The notes under the pieces are model-generated. The model saw only the letters and a program-made list of their open reading frames with translations. It made no database searches and was not told the origin of the DNA. Made by a program: the position numbers and the translations under genes. 64,000 bases of DNA from contig CAXGAI010000011.1 in assembly GCA_964007735.1 (NCBI GenBank), positions 1-64,000 on the forward strand, written 5' to 3'. Position 1 is the stretch's first letter; every line of letters begins with the position of its first letter. Source of the stretch: an uncultured Rhodopirellula sp. Its GTDB lineage: Bacteria; Planctomycetota; Planctomycetia; Pirellulales; Pirellulaceae. This document shows positions 34,187 through 43,125 of this stretch, one piece after another.

Positions 34187-34495
34187 ATGGCAAAACGCAA
34201 GACATACGAGACCGTTGAACCTATCGGAGCACGAATCCTCGTTCGTAAAGACGAACCCAAACGTGAAACACGGGGAGGCATTGCGTTGCCAGACGCAGCA
34301 GAAATCCCGACAATTACTGGTCGAGTCGTCACTATTTCAGCGGTCGTGGAAAATGATGATGAAATGCCCCTCAAACAATATGACAAAGTGCTGTTTCACC
34401 CTAAAGACGCTATTCCGGTCGAATTTGAACACGATAATCAGCTTTTTGTCGTACCTGTCGACGACATCGTCGCCGTTTTTCGTTCAAACGAATAA
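34187..34495 (+). CDS. GroES/Cpn10 family co-chaperonin
   Basis: EPIGARILVR, mobile loop TRGGIALPD, DKVLF, DDIVAV. Confidence 0.8.
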   Translation: MAKRKTYETVEPIGARILVRKDEPKRETRGGIALPDAAEIPTITGRVVTISAVVENDDEMPLKQYDKVLFHPKDAIPVEFEHDNQLFVVPVDDIVAVFRSNE

Positions 34496-34652
34496 ACGAA
34501 AAGGACAAGAACTTTTGGTTTTTTCGTCGATCGTGTAACGCCCGCCACTAAGAACAATTCCAACTCGACAAAAACGGGTGAAAAATCTTGGATTCTGTGG
34601 GGATCTTCGCCGGCATTAGGCCTTGTAATCCACCGTCTTTATGGCAAAATGA

Positions 34653-34853
34653 TTTGTTTGACTCGTATATAAAGCCTGAATAAGGGGCTGTTTCAAAGTT
34701 TCAACGATGGAACAACCTCGGTCTCGAATTCCAATTATGCGTCTGGTTTCAGATGCTAAGTTTTTGAATTCCACCTATATGTTTTACTGGTTTGAAGACC
34801 TGTTGCCGAAATTTCCGAAGGGATACTTGCGGGGGCTAGACGTGTCAAGCAAA
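34653..34853 (+). ncRNA. Candidate structured ncRNA (~195-200 nt), 6S-like or rplY leader
   Basis: End-to-end pairing with G-U pairs favouring the + strand; apical hairpin GCGTCTG-gttt-CAGATGC; see findings. Confidence 0.5.
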
Positions 34854-34903
34854 ACACAAAACAAATCATTTAATCACCATTCGTTCAATAGAGGAAGAAT
34901 TCC

Positions 34904-35599
34904 ATGGCGGAATTGTTTCAAACAGAAGCCCGAGAACTAACGGGTTCAGCAAACACTCGACGTCTTCGTCGTGCTGGCAAAGTTCCTGCGATTCTTTATG
35001 GCCAAGGCAAAGAAGTGGTTCACCTGTCGATACCGGAGAGTCAGGTAAATTCAGCAATCCGTAAGAACCAACCTTATATCCAGTTGGAAGGAGCTGTGGC
35101 TGAGAGTGCACAGATCCAGGAATTGCAGTGGGATGCTTTGGGAACCACGGTTTTACACGTCGACTTAACCCGAATGGACTCCGACGCAACGGTTGAAGTT
35201 GATCTCAGTATCAGGCTTGTTGGTGATGCTCAGGATTCGATCAATCAGGTTTTTAGAACAACCGCCGCTGTGGTACCAGCGATGGACATTCCTGACTCCC
35301 TGATCGCCGACATTTCTGCACTAGCAAGTGGTGATAGCCTGCATTTGGGTGACCTTGAGTTACCGGCAGGCGTAAGCCTGTTAAGCGATCCTGCTACGGT
35401 CGTTTTAACATGTGGTGGTGTAGCAGCACCCGTTCAGGAACAAGTCGCTGACGAAGTTGCTACAGAACAACCATCCGATGAGAACGACGCTTCTGCTGAG
35501 GAAGCAGTGACAGAGGAAACTCCTTCCGAAGAAGCGACAACCGAACCAGAAAGCAGCGAACCAGAAAGCAGCGAAGAAGAAAGCAGCGAAGAAGAATAG
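34904..35599 (+). CDS. rplY: 50S ribosomal protein L25/Ctc with acidic C-terminal tail
   Basis: RRLRRAGKVPAILYG, LHVDL, Ctc domain IPDSL..DIS.L..GDSL; directly upstream of pth. Confidence 0.93.
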   Translation: MAELFQTEARELTGSANTRRLRRAGKVPAILYGQGKEVVHLSIPESQVNSAIRKNQPYIQLEGAVAESAQIQELQWDALGTTVLHVDLTRMDSDATVEVDLSIRLVGDAQDSINQVFRTTAAVVPAMDIPDSLIADISALASGDSLHLGDLELPAGVSLLSDPATVVLTCGGVAAPVQEQVADEVATEQPSDENDASAEEAVTEETPSEEATTEPESSEPESSEEESSEEE

Positions 35600-35656
35600 T
35601 AATTCTCTCAAAGCTGCCTGACCTAACAATACAATTTATTTACCTCCCCTAGTGCC

Positions 35657-36244
35657 ATGAAACTAATCGTTGGACTGGGAAACCCCGGCAAGAAATACCA
35701 GGACACCCGACACAACATCGGTTGGCAGATCTTGGCGGAACTAGCTCAAAGGCATGGAATCAGCAAGCCTCGGGCAAAGTTCGAAGGGGAAGTAGTAGAA
35801 GTACAATTCGGTACTGAAAAGGGCTTATTACTTTGCCCTATGACGTACATGAACGCAAGCGGCCGAAGTGTTCGGCCCGCAAGCGATTTTTACAAATTGT
35901 CCCCCCAGGACATACTCATCATTTGTGATGATATTAGCCTGCCGGTTGGCATGATGAGGTTTCGGCCTCAGGGTTCCTCCGGCGGACAAAATGGCCTGAA
36001 AGACATCATCCACAAATTGGGAACTGATGAAATTCCCCGTTTGCGAATTGGTGTTGGACAGCCTCCCTCCCAATGGGATACGGCGGACTACGTTTTGAGC
36101 AAGTTCTCCAAATCCGAAACGACCGAGATTAAACAAACGGTCGGGCGTGCGGCGGGAGCGGTGCCAGATTGGGTTCATCGCGGAATCGACTTCTGCATGA
36201 ATCAATACAACCGAAAACAACATACGAACTCACGCGAAAACTAA
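35657..36244 (+). CDS. pth: Peptidyl-tRNA hydrolase
   Basis: LIVGLGNPG, TRHNIG, TYMNASG, GSSGGQNG, RLRIGVG. Confidence 0.96.
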   Translation: MKLIVGLGNPGKKYQDTRHNIGWQILAELAQRHGISKPRAKFEGEVVEVQFGTEKGLLLCPMTYMNASGRSVRPASDFYKLSPQDILIICDDISLPVGMMRFRPQGSSGGQNGLKDIIHKLGTDEIPRLRIGVGQPPSQWDTADYVLSKFSKSETTEIKQTVGRAAGAVPDWVHRGIDFCMNQYNRKQHTNSREN

Positions 36245-36311
36245 CGACACCAAAACTGGTCTGGGAAACGTACTCCCAAATTCGTGTGACGAAGTACTAG
36301 GAGATTTTACA

Positions 36312-36713
36312 TTGGCTGCAAACGTTTACGAATGCATGTTCATCCTCGATTCGAACCGATACGCTCGTGACCCTCACGGTGTTCAGGAGTCGATTGACAG
36401 CGCTGCAACCTCTCTTGGCGGAGAGATCCAAGTTTCGCGTCTGTGGAGTGAGCAGAAACTGGCTTACCCAATCAATGGCCACCGAAAGGGTACCTATTGG
36501 TTGACCTATTTCCGACTCGAAGGCAACAAATTGAATGAATTTGAAAGAGCAATTCAACTCAATGACAATGTCATGCGAAGCCTGACGCTGAAAATCGACC
36601 CGCGTCTTGTCGATCACCTGGTCGCACATGCCAAGGGCGAAACCCCAGTCGAAACGCCGGAAGAAGACGCAGATAAAACTGCAGAAGCAACCAAAGAAGT
36701 TGTTGCTGAGTAA
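36312..36713 (+). CDS. rpsF: 30S ribosomal protein S6
   Basis: YECMFIL, KLAYPI, GTY motifs; SD AGGAG upstream of a TTG start. Confidence 0.93.
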   Translation: MAANVYECMFILDSNRYARDPHGVQESIDSAATSLGGEIQVSRLWSEQKLAYPINGHRKGTYWLTYFRLEGNKLNEFERAIQLNDNVMRSLTLKIDPRLVDHLVAHAKGETPVETPEEDADKTAEATKEVVAE

Positions 36714-36875
36714 GGCAATTCCAGTAGAACTAATCTTGGTATTTTGGAATTGGCAATCACCAATTAGAAAATACGATGATTTGCTTGCTCTTGTAGTTTT
36801 GCTCTGATACACTGCGCCGAATTGGCAAAGGTATCACTTAAAAGCTCAAAGAATTTAACAAAGGAGTGTTGGCAA

Positions 36876-37427
36876 ATGGCGAGCTTTAATAAAGTTATCC
36901 TCATGGGTAATCTGACACGGGACGTCGAATTAAAGTACACATCGAGTCAAACAGCTGTGACAGAAATAACTGTGGCAGTCAACGATCGAAGACGAGGCCA
37001 GGACGGCCAGTGGCAAGACGAAACAACTTTCGTTGATGTCACTTTGTGGGGACGGACAGCCGAAGTTGCCGACCAATACCTTGGTAAAGGTTCCGGAGTT
37101 ATGATTGAAGGTCGACTCCGCCTCGACCAATGGGAAGACAAACAAACCGGCCAACGACGCAGCCGACTGCGAGTTACCGGTGATAGGATGCAGATGTTGC
37201 CTCGCGGTGGCGGTGGCGGCGGTGCTCCTCAACAAGGAGGATCTAGTCAAAATAGCCAGTCATCTGGCGGCTATGGAGACTCAGGACCTCAGTATGGTGG
37301 TGGAGGCAGCTACAGCGGGGCTCCCGCTCAGTCTGACCCACCGCAGCAGGACAATGGTTCAGGATTCTACAACGATCCGCCAGCGTCACCGGGAATGCCG
37401 CCAGCAGATGACGACATCCCGTTTTAA
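36876..37427 (+). CDS. ssb: Single-stranded DNA-binding protein
   Basis: NKVILMGNLTRD, EGRL, C-terminal DDDIPF; SD AAGGAG before ATG 36876. Confidence 0.97.
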   Translation: MASFNKVILMGNLTRDVELKYTSSQTAVTEITVAVNDRRRGQDGQWQDETTFVDVTLWGRTAEVADQYLGKGSGVMIEGRLRLDQWEDKQTGQRRSRLRVTGDRMQMLPRGGGGGGAPQQGGSSQNSQSSGGYGDSGPQYGGGGSYSGAPAQSDPPQQDNGSGFYNDPPASPGMPPADDDIPF

Positions 37428-37469
37428 TAAAAATGACAACTGACACCCGATTTCAAGTGACATAAACTT

Positions 37470-37991
37470 ATGCCAAGAAGCCCCGAAACAAAACGCGCGT
37501 TCAAACGACTGCCAAAAGGTCCCAATGGAGGTATCGAACTTCTGCTAATCCAGTCTGTCGATAACCTTGGTCGATCTGGCGACATCGTCGAGGTCAAACC
37601 TGGTTTTGCTAACAACTACCTTATACCTCAGGGACTGGCAACCGTAGCTACGGACCACCACAAGCGTATGGTGGAAAAGCACCGAGCTAAGATTCGGGCG
37701 CAACAAGAGGCTCGGCTCGCCGGCCTTCGTGAAATTGCCGACAAGATCGGTGAAGAAAGCGTTACGATAGAGTCTAAGGCAAATGAAGAAGGTGTTCTTT
37801 ACGGTAGCGTAGGTATCTCCGAAATTGTGGGTGCTTTGCGGGCGAAAGATATCAATGTCAACAATGAACACGTCTTACTCGATGGCCAAATCAAAGAACA
37901 TGGTCTCTTCCCCGTTAACATCCGCTTGCACCAGGACGTGGAGAATGCTGAGCTGAAAGTTTGGGTTGTACCGCCAGCAGGTGAAGAGTAA
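37470..37991 (+). CDS. rplI: 50S ribosomal protein L9
   Basis: LGRSGDIVEVKPGFANNYLIPQGLA, LYGSV; short basic N-terminal extension. Confidence 0.95.
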   Translation: MPRSPETKRAFKRLPKGPNGGIELLLIQSVDNLGRSGDIVEVKPGFANNYLIPQGLATVATDHHKRMVEKHRAKIRAQQEARLAGLREIADKIGEESVTIESKANEEGVLYGSVGISEIVGALRAKDINVNNEHVLLDGQIKEHGLFPVNIRLHQDVENAELKVWVVPPAGEE

Positions 37992-38026
37992 TTTCACCAG
38001 TCCTCGGAACCAATACAACACTCAAA

Positions 38027-38056
38027 GCCCTGCTTGGAATCAAGCGGGGCTTTTTT
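38027..38056 (+). terminator. Intrinsic terminator between rplI and dnaB
   Basis: GCCCTGCTTG-gaat-CAAGCGGGGC followed by T6. Confidence 0.85.
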
Positions 38057-38151
38057 ACGGTCTAGTCATTCCAATGTATTCTCCGCTTTCCACGATAGGT
38101 TACAATGAGGATTCAAAACTCCTCTATTTCTCCGATTCGTCTTAAAGACCA

Positions 38152-39603
38152 ATGGCTACTGGCTCGAAAAAACAAAGCAATTCCATTCAGCGAACTGCAG
38201 ACATTCTGCAGCGTCAGCCACCATATGATCTCGAAGCAGAACGAGGTGTGTTGGGCAGTATTCTTTTGAAGCCAGACATTATCGACGAAGTCCTGTATGT
38301 ACTGCACAAAGATGACTTCTTCGATGAAGCAAATCAAAAGCTCTACGCCGTTATGTACGAAATGCATAATGCCGCTAAAAAAATCGACGTGATGTTGCTC
38401 GTAGCTGAGCTCAAATCGCAAAACTTTTTCGAGTTGATTGGCGGCACCAAGTACCTTGCGGAACTTGGTGGAGCCGTTCCGAATGCGGCGCATGCAGTTT
38501 ACTATGCGGAAATCGTTCGTGAAAAAGCGATCTACCGTTCACTTATTAATGTCGGTACGGAAATCCTTAAAGACGCCTACGAACAGGCCATGGATTGTCG
38601 CGCCCTGCTAAGCCAGGCCGAACAAAAAGTCTTTAACATTGCTGACGACCGCAGTGGTCAGGCTGTTTCCAAACTGGACGAAATTCTGCATCAGGCCATG
38701 GACCGCATGGAAGCCCGCATGAGTGGCGAGCAGACGGAGGACGGTGTGGAAACACACTTTACCGAACTTGATCGAATGATGGGCGGTTTCCATGCAAACG
38801 AACTACTTATCCTAGCTGCCCGTCCATCGATGGGAAAAACAGCTCTGGCGATGAACATTGCCGAGAACGTGTGCCATCTCGGTAAAGCTCCTGTTCTCTT
38901 TATCAGCCTAGAAATGTCACAACTCGAACTCTGTGATCGCCTACTTTGCAGTGCTGCACGAGTGAACGGGCACAAAATGAGAAACGGTACCATTTCAAAT
39001 GAAGATCGTGCCAAGTTAGTCGAGAAAGCTGGAGAATTGGCTAATGCACCGCTCTATGTCGATGACTCTCCTTCACGTACCGTCAGTGAAATCGCCTCAG
39101 CCGCTCGTCGAATTAAACGACAACATAAGGATCACCTTGGGCTGGTGGTCATCGACTATCTGCAGTTGATCGAACCCGATAATCCACGTGACCCCCGTCA
39201 GGAACAGGTGGCCCGCATCGCCCGGCGACTCAAGGGTCTCGCCCGTGAACTTAAAGTACCTGTCCTCTGTCTTGCCCAGCTAAACCGTCAGGCAGAAGGA
39301 GCGGCAGACCATCGTCCAAAACTTAGTCACCTGCGTGAATCAGGTGCCATCGAACAAGATGCCGACGTGGTCATGTTTATCCATCGTGAAGAATACTATC
39401 GACGCGGAGAAGATGCTGAGCAATTCGCAGGTATGGCCGAAATCATCATCGCGAAGCAACGTAATGGTCCGGTTGGAGAGATCGAAGTGCTTTGGCAAAA
39501 AGACTTTACTAGGTTTGTAGACAAGGCCCCAGAACGCCTGCAAGCATTCGATGATTTCAATTCTGGAGCCGAAACCGGAGTCGCAGGCGCAGACCCATTC
39601 TAA
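38152..39603 (+). CDS. dnaB: Replicative DNA helicase
   Basis: AARPSMGKT, SLEM, IDYLQL, QLNR, LRESGAIEQDAD, KQRNGP; no intein-sized insertion. Confidence 0.97.
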   Translation: MATGSKKQSNSIQRTADILQRQPPYDLEAERGVLGSILLKPDIIDEVLYVLHKDDFFDEANQKLYAVMYEMHNAAKKIDVMLLVAELKSQNFFELIGGTKYLAELGGAVPNAAHAVYYAEIVREKAIYRSLINVGTEILKDAYEQAMDCRALLSQAEQKVFNIADDRSGQAVSKLDEILHQAMDRMEARMSGEQTEDGVETHFTELDRMMGGFHANELLILAARPSMGKTALAMNIAENVCHLGKAPVLFISLEMSQLELCDRLLCSAARVNGHKMRNGTISNEDRAKLVEKAGELANAPLYVDDSPSRTVSEIASAARRIKRQHKDHLGLVVIDYLQLIEPDNPRDPRQEQVARIARRLKGLARELKVPVLCLAQLNRQAEGAADHRPKLSHLRESGAIEQDADVVMFIHREEYYRRGEDAEQFAGMAEIIIAKQRNGPVGEIEVLWQKDFTRFVDKAPERLQAFDDFNSGAETGVAGADPF

Positions 39604-39834
39604 AGTCTGCTTAAATAGTTTTTTTCTATGCTATTTAGACGAATTCACACGCTAAAGGCGGGAAATCTGTCTTGCCTCGAATCTATATTCTCCGTTATTT
39701 TTGCACTAGCTTTCGGGACTTGGATTGCGCTCTCCGTTAACGAGAACCTATCTTTAGCTCCCCTAAATCAAACTGACAAAAAGTCTCAGATTCCATTTCC
39801 ATATGGCATGACCGGAATGAATTACACGCGTCTG

Positions 39835-41490
39835 ATGAAAACTCCTCCTTTTCCACCCCGAGTAGCGTTGAGTTCTTTGGTGTTGTTCTGTTTTGCGATT
39901 CAGGCAATTGGCCAAACTAATCCCGAAGTTCCATCTGCATTCCGCCCTGGTACCACGGGCCAGATTCAACCGGCTGGAGGGCTATTTCCTGCTAGCCCGC
40001 GTTTGCCGCGAGTTCAAAGCCTTAATCGCCAACCTGCCACCCCCGGAACAAGAGGGCCTGCACAGAATAGCAATCCTCAAACTGTCGAGGATATTAGGAA
40101 GGAAGAACAGCAGCAACATTTGGAATACGATGGATTACCAGTCGCTTCGATCGAATTCAAGGGAAACAGTTTTCTCACCGGCGAACAACTTTACGGTACC
40201 ATCAAAACCCGAATTGACCGTTCGTTCGATGCAGCGATCGTCCAGGAGGACGTGCGATCGCTTTACGGAACCGGACTCATTCGTGACGTACGGTTGTTAG
40301 TTAAGAAATCAAAACTGGGATTGCATCTTACTTTTGAGATCTTTGAACGGCCCACGATTGCCGTCGTACGATTTATTGGCAATCGTATGTATCTGGACAA
40401 AAAGCTCACTAAGGAAACCGACCTTAAAGCAGGCGACGCTCTCGACTTATTCTCTATTGAGGATGCCACCCGAAAAATAGAGGAATTGTACCATGAAAAC
40501 GGTTTCCCCAAAGCTCATGTAACTGTACTCGAAGGACTTAAGCCTGGTGAACGCGATGTAGTCTTCTACATTAGTGAAGGCCCTCGGGAAAAAATCGCTG
40601 CTGTGGAAGTTGTTGGTAATGATCCCCATTTAGCGCAGGATGCTCGACTACTCACACTTTTTGAATCCAAAGCTCGACTCAGCAACTGGATCATTGGAGG
40701 TGATTATGTTCCTTCCAAAATCGAAAGTGACATGGAGAAACTTGTTGCTTACTATCGGAACCTTGGCTATTTCCAAGCGACTGTTGGCAGGCAAATTGAC
40801 TATGACGACTCAGGTCACTGGGTGACGCTAAGATTTATCGTCAATGAAGGGCCCCGTTACCGAATTACCAATGTCCGGATCGACGGAAATACCAACGTTT
40901 CCACCAATTCACTTTCATCATTGATTACCACATCTAACGGAGACTACTTTCTCCGCGGACAACTCAATAATGATCTTGAATCTATCCGAGACCTCTATGG
41001 GAAACTTGGGTACATCTATTCCAAAGTAAGCACGGATATACGTTTCCGCGAAACACCCGGTGAATTGGAAATCGTATTTGATGTGGATGAAGGCGAACAA
41101 TTTAAGGTCGGCGAGATTGATGTCCACATTTCCGGCATTTCTCCTCACACTAAAAACTCAGTGGTACTCAACCGCTTGTCGTTAATTCCGGGTGATCTGG
41201 CTAGCAATCAGGAAATGCGTTCGAGCGAACGTCGTTTACGCCACAGCTCTTTATTTAATGATGGAGCCATGATGGGTTCACCGCCTACCATAGTCGTCCG
41301 CACTGAGGAGATAAAAACTCAGACCGAAAAATCCGGTTTACCTCCGGCACCCAATCCAAAATCAGCTTCTGAACCAAAAACTGACACCGTTCGTGGCCAA
41401 AGTCCGAGGTTTAATTTCAATGGACAAGTCGACCGCACGTCGCATTTCCCATTGCCTCCACCTAATACACCGCGGATATTAACAAAATAA
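39835..41490 (+). CDS. BamA/Omp85 periplasmic half: signal peptide, POTRA1-4 and partial POTRA5, no barrel
   Basis: Four POTRA repeats (I.F.GN ... Y...G[YF] ... V.EG) and a fifth lacking its final strand. Signal-like MKTPPFPPRVALSSLVLFCFAIQAIG from ATG 39835; the ORF is open from 39628. Confidence 0.85.
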   Translation: MKTPPFPPRVALSSLVLFCFAIQAIGQTNPEVPSAFRPGTTGQIQPAGGLFPASPRLPRVQSLNRQPATPGTRGPAQNSNPQTVEDIRKEEQQQHLEYDGLPVASIEFKGNSFLTGEQLYGTIKTRIDRSFDAAIVQEDVRSLYGTGLIRDVRLLVKKSKLGLHLTFEIFERPTIAVVRFIGNRMYLDKKLTKETDLKAGDALDLFSIEDATRKIEELYHENGFPKAHVTVLEGLKPGERDVVFYISEGPREKIAAVEVVGNDPHLAQDARLLTLFESKARLSNWIIGGDYVPSKIESDMEKLVAYYRNLGYFQATVGRQIDYDDSGHWVTLRFIVNEGPRYRITNVRIDGNTNVSTNSLSSLITTSNGDYFLRGQLNNDLESIRDLYGKLGYIYSKVSTDIRFRETPGELEIVFDVDEGEQFKVGEIDVHISGISPHTKNSVVLNRLSLIPGDLASNQEMRSSERRLRHSSLFNDGAMMGSPPTIVVRTEEIKTQTEKSGLPPAPNPKSASEPKTDTVRGQSPRFNFNGQVDRTSHFPLPPPNTPRILTK

Positions 41491-41496
41491 CACTAT

Positions 41497-43125
41497 ATGA
41501 TGCTCTCAATCATTCGTAATAAAACACTACCCGGTACGCTGGCTTACCTTTCATTGATCCTGATAGGCGCAGGGTGTACGTCCGGTCTTAGCACTAGCCC
41601 TGCTACCTCGCGAAAAGCGAATGGCGAGAGACAAACACTTGAGCAACTTGCCCAGGAGGTTGCGGTTGAATCTAAATCGCCACACAAAATTACCACGCTA
41701 GCAGAGAATCTAGAGTCCACAGAGTCTGTACTGGATGTCGCTCAGCCTACCACCATCGTCCCAACCGATAGCCAAAACGCTGATCAATCAAGTATGAAAC
41801 TGGAAACCACTCCGGATGAAACACTGATCCCCGAATTTGATGATTCGGCATTGCATCACCAGGAAGAAAATACATTAATTCGAGGGCAGAGCCCTGTGAC
41901 GAACGCCGATTTCGTCGAGTTATCTAATCCCTCGAAAGTTCTTCGCGTTGATGACCAGGTACAACTCGCACAGATACAGGCCCCTGATAACGAAGGAGCC
42001 CCTAACGACAACTCTGTTGTACCGCTGTTCGATCCAAATGCCGCTATGAACACCATACCTTTCGACGTTTACGTTGAGGAAGGAAGGACCGGGAGATTTA
42101 TGTTTGGGGTTGGCGTAAATTCAGATGCCGGAGTCACCGGTCAAATCGTTATCGATGAACGCAATTTCGATTACTCCGCAGTCCCGGCGAACTGGGATGA
42201 CTTTATAGAAGGTCGCGCATTTCGCGGAGGCGGTCAAGGATTTCGGCTCGAAGCCATGCCAGGTGAATTCTGGGAACGTTACATGCTGAACTATTCAAAT
42301 CCTTATTTTCGGGATACTAAAGTCAGCTTCAATACGAGCGCCTTTATGTATGACCGAATTTATCGTGACTGGGATGAAAAAAGAGCTGGTGGTCGAGTCG
42401 GCTTTGGTTACCGACTCAATCCAGACCTTAGTGTCAATCTCGGCATTCGACTGGAACGTATTAAACTCACCGATCCGACTATCACAGGTGTCGCCGATCT
42501 TGACGATGCCCTCGGGCACAGTGATCTGTTCGGGCTCAAAGTGGGCCTCAGCCACGACACGCGGGACACACCTTTTCTGGCAACCGAAGGGTATTATTTT
42601 AACAGTAGTTTCGAACAGATCCTCGGCGATTATGTGTATCCCCGCGGCAGTCTGGAATATCGAAAATACTACTTGATACGTGAACGAGCTGACGGTACGG
42701 GACGACACGTTTTCTCATGGAAACTGCAATACGACATAACCGGTGAAGACACTCCTCTTTACGATCATTACTTTGCAGGTGGATACACCACCATGCGAGG
42801 TTTTGAATTTCGAGGAGCGTCGCCGGAAGAGAACGGAGTTCGTGTCGGAGGTCACCAGCGATTTCTCGGGACTCTGCAGTATCTATTCCCTTTCACAGCT
42901 GACGACATGCTCAAAGGAGTCGTCTTTACAGACTTTGGTACTGTCGAAAGGGACTATAATATCGACCCCGATAACTTCCGCGTCGTCGTTGGAGCCGGCT
43001 TGCGAATCTCCATGCCCTTCATGTCTCAGGCTCCATTCGCACTGGACTTCGGCTTCCCAATTCACCATGCGGATACCGACGACAAGCAAGTCTTTAGCTT
43101 CTACTTGGGATTCAGCCGAGGCTAG
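41497..43125 (+). CDS. BamA/Omp85 barrel half with lipoprotein-type signal peptide
   Basis: LSLILIGAG-C lipobox-like signal; acidic linker; VEEGRTGRFMFGVG..ERNF barrel start; AGGYTTMRGF lid motif; C-terminal FSFYLGF. Confidence 0.88.
   Translation: MMLSIIRNKTLPGTLAYLSLILIGAGCTSGLSTSPATSRKANGERQTLEQLAQEVAVESKSPHKITTLAENLESTESVLDVAQPTTIVPTDSQNADQSSMKLETTPDETLIPEFDDSALHHQEENTLIRGQSPVTNADFVELSNPSKVLRVDDQVQLAQIQAPDNEGAPNDNSVVPLFDPNAAMNTIPFDVYVEEGRTGRFMFGVGVNSDAGVTGQIVIDERNFDYSAVPANWDDFIEGRAFRGGGQGFRLEAMPGEFWERYMLNYSNPYFRDTKVSFNTSAFMYDRIYRDWDEKRAGGRVGFGYRLNPDLSVNLGIRLERIKLTDPTITGVADLDDALGHSDLFGLKVGLSHDTRDTPFLATEGYYFNSSFEQILGDYVYPRGSLEYRKYYLIRERADGTGRHVFSWKLQYDITGEDTPLYDHYFAGGYTTMRGFEFRGASPEENGVRVGGHQRFLGTLQYLFPFTADDMLKGVVFTDFGTVERDYNIDPDNFRVVVGAGLRISMPFMSQAPFALDFGFPIHHADTDDKQVFSFYLGFSRG

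Noticed and set aside
34647..34871. MITE defined by the 13-bp inverted repeats
   Set aside because: No target-site duplication or second copy seen; internal G-U-rich pairing fits an RNA better. Not fully excluded.
34707..34940. 77-aa ORF upstream of rplY
   Set aside because: Overlaps rplY out of frame, has no recognisable motif, and lies over the structured RNA candidate.
35543..35596. Short repeats at the 3' end of rplY
   Set aside because: Ordinary acidic low-complexity tail of Ctc-type L25.
41488..41496. bamA pseudogene or stop-codon readthrough
   Set aside because: The downstream ORF has its own signal peptide and intact barrel motifs; readthrough would bury a hydrophobic signal mid-protein. 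Reads should still be checked.
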